DNA from: Stramenopiles sp. TOSAG23-2
Lineage: Eukaryota
Direction: 5' to 3'
Assembly: GCA_900128395.1 (NCBI GenBank)
Contig: LT649357.1
Location: 1-33,678 of the forward strand
DNA length: 33,678 nucleotides
Under the pieces are notes generated by a model, which was given only the letters and a program-made list of their open reading frames with translations, made no database searches and had not been told where the DNA came from. Both the position numbers and the translations under genes were made by a program. Positions 11,898 to 21,575 of the stretch are shown one piece after another (position 1 is the first letter of the stretch; each line of letters opens with the position of its first letter).

Positions 11898-14800
11898 TGT
11901 CAATATACTCAATGAAAACCCATTACGTTCCATGTCTTTAAAAAATTCATATTCACGATCTGCATGTCGTAATTTATACACAATGATAATAATACCATTT
12001 GCATTAATTAATTTCTTAAATGAATTTATTAAATCCGTATAATATGTTGTATCATATAAACAATCGGATGCAAATATCATATCGTATCTTGTATGAACAT
12101 CTTGTTCTATTGCCCAATCAAACGTTTGACACAAAATATCTGTATCCGAAGTAATAAAGTTGGATTCCAATGCAACCTTTACATTGTCCTTTGCTACACT
12201 TACAATTTCTTCAATATCAGTTAAAATAACTTTCTTTGCACCATATATTTGTGCAAGTATACCGCAAAAACCAGTACCACATCCTAAATCAATTACAGTC
12301 TTTCCATTCAAATATTTATCAAATGCTAAATAATGTTCAATGATCTTTGCCAATATTAGACCACAATCCCAAACAACTGCACCTAATCCAACATTTAGCT
12401 TTTGCACGACATTAAATACTTTTCCATCATCATCATCTGTAGTAGTATTATTAATACTAAATTTATATGGAAAAGCTGGTTTATTTGCAACTGCATAATT
12501 AATTCCTAATGATCCGACGGTTTTACCCGACATGTTTATACCAGAATGAAATAAATATGTTTCCAATGGATTGACAGCAAACGGATGGATAATTTTGGAT
12601 GGTATTCCATTTAACATATTGTAAACAAACAAATCATGTTTTACTTGTTGTAAAATATGCGATGGGTCTATATTTAATTTTTCTAACAATGTTAACGATT
12701 TTTTGTTCTTATTACCTTTGTAAATAGGTGTAATAGTATTAGTACCGATTGTTTGTAATGCTAATTCTGGTAAGTTCGTTCGTAATATGTTTGAAATACG
12801 ATCCAATTTATCATCATGTTTAAACAATAATTGTTCTTCCATAATAATTGCATGGAAAACTGATGTTGAATCAATTTTATATAAGTTTAATAAAAGATTG
12901 CAAATATTTTTATGATCATCTCCATCCATAAATCCTTCTGGGATAATTCGCAATGCTTTACAACATGTTGTCGATAATTCCCATACATGTGTATTCAGTA
13001 GAGATGGTGCAAATTTACTTAAATCTAACAAGCTACATAAAATGGTATATATGTATTTATGTGTCGTTGATCGCATCACGTATTTTGCTTTTCGTGATGA
13101 GATTACTTTGGCATTGCTATTATTATTATTATCGCCATCAATATACAATTCATCTAATGTAATCGAATTATTAGATTTAAATAAAGCATTTACTTTAGTT
13201 TTCAATATGTTGATTAATTTTGGCCATAATTCTTTTGAAAATCTTGCCAAGATAAAGTCAGGACATAATTTTGCTATTTGAACAATTCCGAGTAACGATT
13301 CACGTATGACTGGAAAATATTCACTTTCATTATTATCATGTTCATCATTCTTGCTGTGTTTTGTTCTTTGAAAAATATTTAAACGATTATTAATCATATG
13401 GAATCGACTTATTAAATGTTTCCAGACTTCTGCTACTGTTGGCAATAGTTGTTTTTCATTATGATTTAACACCTTGAGTCCAAATGATATACTTTTTATT
13501 ATTTTACATTGCAATATACTTGGACTTTCAGGTAAAAAAATGCATAATTTTCTGATGATTTTTTGGGATACATCCCGTTCCATTTTATATGGTTTATTAT
13601 CTTTATTTTCATCTTTATCGTTGTCCTTTTCTTCTTCTTTTCCCTCATCATCATTTGTTTTCTCATCCTCATCATCGTTCAAATCGTTTAAGATATTTTC
13701 CCATGCAATAATTTCATTTATCAATCCTTGTGTCGACGTTGGCAATTTTATTATAGGAGAAATTGCTTCATCGGCTTTGCCTGTGGTATCGTCTATACCT
13801 TGTTTATCATCATCATCATCATCGATATATTCATCTAAACATGCCATTAAATCTTCAACAGCATATAATAATACTGTTAATATATTTGATGATGTTGCAA
13901 ACATAAATGTATTTCGTTGTACAACTTCTGTATCTAATGCACGTAACAACGTTTGAACGATTTCTTTTAATAATCCACCATATGCTGCATCGACACCACC
14001 AACAGTATGTTTCACTACACTACGAATAACACGAGGTGTGGTTGGATAAATATTTAAAAAATTCAATCGTGAACATATATTATCAATTAAATAATCTACA
14101 TTTGCTTCAATTAGTTGATTGATACTATTATAACCACATACAATACAGATACGTTTAATGCAATATAATGTATTTTGTTGTATTATTGGATCATCATCAC
14201 TTAATTTTTCTAATAATGGATAAATAACATTTAATAAATTTGCTTTAAATGTTTCAATATAATTTTCAGCTATAGTAGCTAAGCGTTGTAAATATAATGA
14301 TGATACAATAACATGTTCTGAATGTTGCAACGTTGTACTTTGTTGTGGTAAACGAATGCCGCCACCACTTACATTTCTTTTATCATCGGAGTTGATTGGG
14401 ATTAATTTTGTATTCAAGTTGGTATTATTATTATTATTATTACCAACATCGTTATTATTGTAAATATGATTGGTTTGATGATGCCATAATTTAGAATTCA
14501 CTGTATTTTTCAAGCAATTTTCAATAAACACGTCGGTTAATTCTTTTTTTGCACCATGAATAATAGAATTGGACATAAAAATACATTCACACGGTGATGA
14601 ATGTCGCCAATCTACGTTGTTATGATTAGTATTTGTACTAGTATTTGCATGATGGTTCATATCTACCATTGTAAATTCTGTTAAATATTCTAATAACATA
14701 CGCCCATCTACAAATGTACCAATTTTCGATAATAATATATGTAACATCTCCTTTGATTGATTATTTTTCATATATTTAAATGGAATATCATAATATCCAA

Positions 14801-16226
14801 TAGCATGATGACGATTCTTAGTAGAGTTCTGGTTGTTATTGTTATTATTATTATTACCTTGTTCCATCGAAATAATTACATTATCATTGTCATATTTTAA
14901 TGGTTGTCGTATACGTGTATTGATATTTTGATAATCTGGTTTTAATATTTTTGAAATATAAAATAATTTCTTTTTAAATTTCATCATGGTAAAAATATTA
15001 TCTTCTAATTTATCTTGTAATAGATCGACATACGCAATTAAAGTTTGTATACGTTTTGTTAATACATTTTCTTCTAATTCAGTATGAATTGTTTTTGCTG
15101 TTAATCTTAATACATCATCAAATCTATTTTCAATACGTTTCCATAAAGTACTTGTTTTATTTTTTATATAAATTTCTTTTACTTTTTCAATTGTTTTATT
15201 TGCATTTTCAACAACTTGATCAGATATGGAAGCGATGGAAAATTGTAATACAATTTCTAAAAAATCATCTTGACATGTTGCCGTCATTGTATTTGAACAA
15301 TCAATTAAAATAACATTTGCAAGTTCAATCGTTTCTAGATGGACTTTGTATCTATTTTGTGATTGTAAGTAATTCAACGAATTGATTGTTTTCAATATAG
15401 TACTTGCAACAATGGATAATTTTGCTGTGGTTTCATATAACCATTTATGATTTCTATTTACCTGTATTTTCTTCTTATCATTCGTATTATCATCATCATT
15501 ATTATTATTGTTTGGTTGTTCTAATGATTTGTTTTCTTCTATGATGGTTCCATTATCATTTATCGGTGTTGTTACTTTCATACCATATGATTGTAATAAT
15601 AATCGTATATTATTCGTATTGTTGTTGTTGCTGTTGTTGTTGTTATTATTATTATTGTTGTTGTTTCGAAAATTTCTTACATCAATATATTGACTTACAT
15701 CATTACTAATTGTTAATTTAATAATAGTTTTCCATAATGAAATTGCTGCACGTAAAACATTATTACCACGTTTTAAATCGCTTTTACCACATATAAGTTT
15801 ATGTACACCACCAGTAATCCCGGGCAAGAAACATGATAATGTATTTGCATCTTGTACATAGGTACAAATATTTTCTAATAATGTTATACTATTCAACATG
15901 TTTACACGATTTCTTGATTGAACGGAAATACTTATTAATACAGCAATAAAATGTCCTAAAATAATACGTTTATCTGCACGTGCAAAGATTTTACCTACGG
16001 TGGGGGTAAATATCTCAGTTAGAATGGCAATTGCTAATGTCTTCGCTTCTTCACTTGTATTACTATTAAATTCACCTTTTTGACTACCTAAAATGGATAC
16101 GGAAAATTGAAAATGTACGACCCATTGTTTTGGATTTGTATCTAAATGTAATCTTGGAATTTGTTGTAACATATTTTCTAATGTTGTTTCTAATTGTATT
16201 CGTTGTTGTTGTTGTGTATTTTTCAT
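11820..16226 (-). CDS. TTI1: TELO2-interacting protein 1 (TTI1, HEAT repeats) fused to a C-terminal Methyltransf_16/METTL21-like lysine methyltransferase, 1468 aa
   Basis: TTI1 motifs LSCFLPGI, IYPLLEKL..CGYNSINQLIEANVDYLID, LLPTVAEVW and CPDFILARF..LWP. The last ~200 aa contain GAVVWD, VIDLGCGTG, VILTD, FDW and IFASDCLYD. Single uninterrupted ORF. Confidence 0.88.
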   Translation of the reverse strand: MKNTQQQQRIQLETTLENMLQQIPRLHLDTNPKQWVVHFQFSVSILGSQKGEFNSNTSEEAKTLAIAILTEIFTPTVGKIFARADKRIILGHFIAVLISISVQSRNRVNMLNSITLLENICTYVQDANTLSCFLPGITGGVHKLICGKSDLKRGNNVLRAAISLWKTIIKLTISNDVSQYIDVRNFRNNNNNNNNNNNSNNNNTNNIRLLLQSYGMKVTTPINDNGTIIEENKSLEQPNNNNNDDDNTNDKKKIQVNRNHKWLYETTAKLSIVASTILKTINSLNYLQSQNRYKVHLETIELANVILIDCSNTMTATCQDDFLEIVLQFSIASISDQVVENANKTIEKVKEIYIKNKTSTLWKRIENRFDDVLRLTAKTIHTELEENVLTKRIQTLIAYVDLLQDKLEDNIFTMMKFKKKLFYISKILKPDYQNINTRIRQPLKYDNDNVIISMEQGNNNNNNNNQNSTKNRHHAIGYYDIPFKYMKNNQSKEMLHILLSKIGTFVDGRMLLEYLTEFTMVDMNHHANTSTNTNHNNVDWRHSSPCECIFMSNSIIHGAKKELTDVFIENCLKNTVNSKLWHHQTNHIYNNNDVGNNNNNNTNLNTKLIPINSDDKRNVSGGGIRLPQQSTTLQHSEHVIVSSLYLQRLATIAENYIETFKANLLNVIYPLLEKLSDDDPIIQQNTLYCIKRICIVCGYNSINQLIEANVDYLIDNICSRLNFLNIYPTTPRVIRSVVKHTVGGVDAAYGGLLKEIVQTLLRALDTEVVQRNTFMFATSSNILTVLLYAVEDLMACLDEYIDDDDDDKQGIDDTTGKADEAISPIIKLPTSTQGLINEIIAWENILNDLNDDEDEKTNDDEGKEEEKDNDKDENKDNKPYKMERDVSQKIIRKLCIFLPESPSILQCKIIKSISFGLKVLNHNEKQLLPTVAEVWKHLISRFHMINNRLNIFQRTKHSKNDEHDNNESEYFPVIRESLLGIVQIAKLCPDFILARFSKELWPKLINILKTKVNALFKSNNSITLDELYIDGDNNNNSNAKVISSRKAKYVMRSTTHKYIYTILCSLLDLSKFAPSLLNTHVWELSTTCCKALRIIPEGFMDGDDHKNICNLLLNLYKIDSTSVFHAIIMEEQLLFKHDDKLDRISNILRTNLPELALQTIGTNTITPIYKGNKNKKSLTLLEKLNIDPSHILQQVKHDLFVYNMLNGIPSKIIHPFAVNPLETYLFHSGINMSGKTVGSLGINYAVANKPAFPYKFSINNTTTDDDDGKVFNVVQKLNVGLGAVVWDCGLILAKIIEHYLAFDKYLNGKTVIDLGCGTGFCGILAQIYGAKKVILTDIEEIVSVAKDNVKVALESNFITSDTDILCQTFDWAIEQDVHTRYDMIFASDCLYDTTYYTDLINSFKKLINANGIIIIVYKLRHADREYEFFKDMERNGFSLSILTEDCIDDSLKHLKKTGLYVVVATRQC

Positions 16227-16569
16227 GATTAATTTGTGTATTGTTTTGTTTTTTAAAGACAGGGTTTGGGTGTTGTTCTTATTGTGTTGGAAAAAAAGGT
16301 GGGGTGGATAGATGATAATTATGTTTTATCTTTCTTTGATGCCATATGAAGTTTTCTTAGTCTCGTCTTTCCTTTCTTTCCTTCATTCAATTCAATTCAT
16401 CACAGTTTTAGTTTCACTTTTATTATGGTCTCTTTTGAGACGAGCAACACGATAATATGTAAGAGATATATTATAGCAACCAAACACACAAAAAAATATA
16501 AATAGAACCATATACTTCCCTTTTTCTTTTCTCTTTTCACTAGTATAGAATAATAATAATAATAATAAT

Positions 16570-17780
16570 ATGGAAGAGTTAATACAAGAATTCCCATCCA
16601 TTGTATTGGAAACAAATGAAAGAACAAAACAACGTAGTATTAAATGTAAACAACCAATTAAAAATAAAGAAATGATATTTCGCTCTAAATTAGCTGCATG
16701 TACTATACATAGAAAGTAAGTTTATTAATAAATAATACTTTTTTGGTGCTATAGATATTTATAATTCATATTACCCCATCTCTTACTATCTTCTTATGCA
16801 AAGATCAAATATTTCATACCACACAAATTCTTTTGTCTAACATTAATTTAATATATTGCAAAAGACATTATAAATTATTATGTTTTGGATGTAAAAGATT
16901 TTATGAAAGTTTAAAATTCACGCAACAAGTTCAATGTGAAGTATGTAAAACAACTTTTTATTGTTCTCTTGAATGTATGGAGGCTGATAAAATATATCAT
17001 AAGCCCCATTGCCAATTATTACCAATAATTGATAAGGATAAAGGATTGAAAAAAGAAGAAACAAGTTTTGTCATTTTATTATTACGGCTACTATCGAATC
17101 TCTATCATAATAACAACAACGATAATAATAATAAGAAGAAGAATTTTATACAATTGAAGCATATTTTAAATATGATGCAAGATAATGCCACGGTGGGAGG
17201 ATACAAAAGGCGTCAGAAGCAGCGGGAAAGGGCTGCAAAATATTTTTTGGCGTTAATGAATAATAGTAATAATAACAATAATAGTCTTGATGATATGTTG
17301 AAAGTACTCCCACAGTTTTTGAATGTAGGTGTACTTACTTCTATATTGGCCGCAGGGCCATTAAATGAATTCGCACTATTTGATGTGGATGGGGAAGCAG
17401 TCGGTTGTGGATATTTTCCACTTGCAGCTATGGCAAACCATAGTTGCATACCGACTGCATCAGTGCAGATTGAAGGCAAGTATATGGTATTTTACGCCAC
17501 GAGAGATCTGGAGGTAGGTGAGGAAATCACTCAGAGTTATGCTAACTTGGGTGATGATGGTAGGTTAACTCGTATGGAAAATATTGAGGTGAGTTGGGGG
17601 TTTACCTGTGTGTGCTTACGTTGTAAAATTGATAGTGGTAGTGGTGGTGATGAGAGTATTTGTAAAAAATTTGATGAAGCAAATGTTTGTGTCTGTGGGG
17701 GTGTGATTGTTCCACAGGCACACCAAGGAAAGAGAGAAGATGATGACTGTAAATGTAATAGTTATAATTTGATTGTGTAA
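16570..17780 (+). CDS. SMYD: SMYD-family SET and MYND domain lysine methyltransferase, 2 exons: 16570-16715, 16865-17780, ~353 aa
   Basis: Exon 1 supplies the N-SET segment (QRSIKCKQPIKNKEMIF). Intron 16716 GTAAGT..CTAAC..AAG 16864 joins in frame. MYND CxxC..CEVC..YCSLEC..H..HC, SET motifs ANHSCIP and GEEITQSY, post-SET WGFTCVCLRC. Confidence 0.9.
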
Positions 17781-18153
17781 AAAAATACGAACTATATACG
17801 TGTACGAGTAAAAAATATGTGTATATTTAGAAAAATAGTTTTTCATTTTTTATTATGAATCGTAATTAAAAATAGAAAGAAACTAAAAATTATTTATAAT
17901 GTGATAGTTTATCAAAAGTAAAACCACACCCCACACACACTCAGCTCTTTAAAAAAAATGTAACACACACCCACGCACACAAATGCACTTCTTCTACATA
18001 TTAATTGAATATATATATATATATATAATGTATAATATCTCAAAAACATAAATGGCCACAGCCATGCCACACTTTGTCAACACTCAATACACTCTAATCA
18101 TCAAATCGTTCTCCCGGGAGATATATTGATGCAATAAGAAATCATATAACAAA

Positions 18154-19140
18154 TCAAATACCAGGTGATAAAAGACTTGCTACTGAATCAGATCGATTGG
18201 AATTTGAAAATACTTTCTTTGTGGAATGCGATGGCGATGGTGTATTTGTATTACTATTATTGTTTTGATTAAATAAAAATGTTGACGGCGATTGTTGTGG
18301 TGGTTGCATTTGTTTTTGTCGCTGCTGCTGTTGTCGTTGTTGCATTACAAATGATGGTGAGCTTACTACATTTACATTATTATTATTATTAACAAATATT
18401 TTTGATTTCAATTTTTCATTTTCAACATTATTATTATTATTACCAGCCATCATTCTTGTCGTCGTCGTCGTCCCAGTACGTCCAACTTCTAATGATTTTG
18501 TATCCTGATTATCAAAATATGATTGTTGTGCATAATTCAATCGTATACTACGATCTTTAATAGCGGACGGTACATCATGTGTTTTATTATTATCATTTCC
18601 ACCACCAAAAGTTGGATGATTGTTATATACAACGAAATTGTTTGTTTGTGGTACATATTGATTTAAACGATAATGTTTATCCAAAAATGACAATAACTTC
18701 GGTGATGGCCTATCATATGCCAATATATGTGGCTCAATACCTTGGTCTTTAAGCATATGTTCAAATAACGTTAAACCAATGCCTTGACGTTGGCAATTTT
18801 CGTTAACATAAAAGTCTAATACACACAACGGAAACATTTCGATCATTCCTCCGCGGCTAGTATGAATAAACAACTTTTTATATCCAACTTTTATAAAACC
18901 AAGTGCAGATTGATAGTTGGATGCCATGTATACAACATGATCTGAAGAACTTAATTTTGATGCTGTCGTTATGACAGCGCCAAGTTGTTGTGCTGAAGCA
19001 GATGCCTGTCCCATCTCATTTATAATTTTAATTACTTCTTTTCCAAATCGTCCTCTCGTTGATGTTTGCAATGAACGACTATCTAAACGTGTTATATTAT
19101 TACCACCTAATACACGTCTTACGGAAAATGGAAAGTTCAT
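18154..19140 (-). CDS. ATAT1: Alpha-tubulin N-acetyltransferase 1 (MEC-17)
   Basis: MGQASASAQQL..IT, GFIKVGYKKLF, PLCVLDFYV.E.CQRQG.G..LF..ML, AYDRPSPKLLSFL.KHY and PQTNNFVV, followed by a disordered N/Q-rich tail. Confidence 0.96.
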   Translation of the reverse strand: MNFPFSVRRVLGGNNITRLDSRSLQTSTRGRFGKEVIKIINEMGQASASAQQLGAVITTASKLSSSDHVVYMASNYQSALGFIKVGYKKLFIHTSRGGMIEMFPLCVLDFYVNENCQRQGIGLTLFEHMLKDQGIEPHILAYDRPSPKLLSFLDKHYRLNQYVPQTNNFVVYNNHPTFGGGNDNNKTHDVPSAIKDRSIRLNYAQQSYFDNQDTKSLEVGRTGTTTTTRMMAGNNNNNVENEKLKSKIFVNNNNNVNVVSSPSFVMQQRQQQQRQKQMQPPQQSPSTFLFNQNNNSNTNTPSPSHSTKKVFSNSNRSDSVASLLSPGI

Positions 19141-19556
19141 AATTATTAATTATTAGTATATAGTATATATATTTTATATTGGGTGAAAAAATATAATATA
19201 GATATATATATATAGTAATGTATCGAAAAGGATGATCTCTGTGCAATATATAAAATGAAAGCGAGGTTGAAAATGAAATAAATTTGTTTTTGATTTCTTC
19301 GTTCTTCCATCTCTGTATATGTCTATCTTTTCTTTCTATAAATTTATTTATTTATTATTTTCAATGTAAATTTGATGAATAACGTTCTCATTTTCACCTT
19401 TTTTTCTCATAGTGTGCCGTGTTATTTTTGGTGTGCGGAAAAGTGCCATGCTATACCCTAATTGGAACATTAAAGTTATGACAAAAATATGGCATCAGCG
19501 CATCAGCACGTTTACTATGCTTGACAGCTTGCTGGGCTTGACAGCATGTACTATTA

Positions 19557-20920
19557 CTAATATGTCAAGGAAACAAAAAAAAATAATATCGGGTTATTAA
19601 CAATAAACAAAATTATATAAAATAATATGTAAAGAGTGCTTATGACATATTCATTATTATTTTTTGGTAGCAATGAATCAAAATGATTTCCAGATGTGGA
19701 TTGCAATAACCATATATACTCTCCAAGCCGAAATGTTTTCTCTTGCACATCTTTACTGATATTTTTAACCAGTGTTTGTTTATACTAAAACGACGACGAT
19801 TTCCATTGATTCTATTGTACACATTGTTTGCTAAGTCGTATGCATTTAATGCAACAACATTTTTTTCGATATGAAAAACATATTTTTCGTATTTCCACCA
19901 TGAATGATTTAATTGTCTTAAAAAATGATCAAATCGTTGTACATTTTCATGGTCTAGTCCGTAATTGACGATCGAGTCTCATATAGAGGAGAAATATTGT
20001 CTGCAACTAATAATGCTGCATTTTGATTGGTAGAATAAAAAATAGACTTACCAGTGATAAAAAAAAAAAACAAATCTGAAAAAAAAAAAAACAAACAAAA
20101 CATACATGTCACAAAACATAGAAAACATCCATCAAACAATTAAAATGAATTTAGATATTCTTCAAACGCTTACGTTTCAAAATAAATTTTATGATTTAAA
20201 TCAATTTTTTGATAATAGTGTTTTTCCAAAAATAACAGTAAATAATCTTGGTGATGAATTGAAACATTTATTAATCGCAATGATTGTATTGTATGATTCT
20301 TTTTTTGTTGTTGTGTCTGTTGTCAAATTTTTCCAACTGGATCCAGTCGTTCCGATTGCAGAGTTTAATTCAAGTACAAAGGTGTATCATTGTCGGTATC
20401 TTGAAGATGATGTTTACACAGAGGATCTTACGATAAAAGATTTACGAAAATATGAATTATTTACTTCAGAAGCAGCAGCGGTGGAAAAAACTAAAAAAAA
20501 AAGAGATTTGTTGATGCAACAAACATTAAATTGGGAAACCAAGGATAAGAAAAGGATTTCTGTAGCAGTAAAAAAATTTAAACCAGAAGATGAAGAGAAA
20601 AGGCCGCAACACTTGCGTTCCCGCCTGCTAAACTCATCACTTTCACCTTGTAGTGATATGCAACAAACAAGGCGAATTTATGCCCAGTCCATTCATTCAT
20701 ATCAACTACTATATTTACACACTGCTTAAAATCATGTTTGTTTATATCAATACTCTTCAATAAATTGTCTTTATTACCTTGCATGTATTGACCCATATTT
20801 ATACACCAACAACATATGTATCTTTTATACTCTTTAGCATCACGATGGCCATGGTATCTTTCTCGTATTTCTTTTAACCTGTCCAAATCCAAACTCCTAC
20901 TAATACCCCATGGTATCTTC
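19557..20920. pseudogene. Degenerate coding-like fragments on both strands (possible decayed gene or transposon)
   Basis: Short frameshifted minus-strand ORFs with weak OTU-like motifs, and plus-strand ORF 20106-20729 with a Tudor-like segment. No coherent spliced model found. Confidence 0.3.
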
Positions 20921-21575
20921 TATAATTATTGCAATCAATATTATTATTTCAATCATCTTGACTTATTCAGACAAAATGTGATATTTGCCATACACTGTAA
21001 TATAGTGATGTATATTACCTCCTTCTATGATACTTGATATTTTTTTACAACATATACATATATGAAATATACTATGGATAATTTGTCATTATTGTATTTT
21101 CATATTGGTGTTGAAAATATATTTATGCAAATAAATATAATATCATTTGGCCCTTTTTTATTGTACTGTTGAAAAATGTAGACAATGATGCACCTAAATC
21201 CACAAATCCACACCATAGCCAGATTGCCTCTATAAAATGCTATATGTTGATAACGATATGACATGCTATCCTCATACTAAATACTTATTTGAAAATGATC
21301 CCTTCCCCAATAGTATTTCCATCCTATTCCACCACACCACACCTCCTCTTCCTTCTTTTTTGATGAACAAAACAACAACAACAAAAAACAACAAAAAAAA
21401 CCAAAATTTCATTCATTCATTCAATTTTCAAAACGAGATAGATACAGTGATGATAATCAATAAACCATACATCTTTCTATGATATGTAAAAACAAATAGA
21501 AAACAATACATATAATTACAAAAAAAAATTCCAATCTCTTACGACAAAAAAAATTCCTAATAATAACAACAAAAT

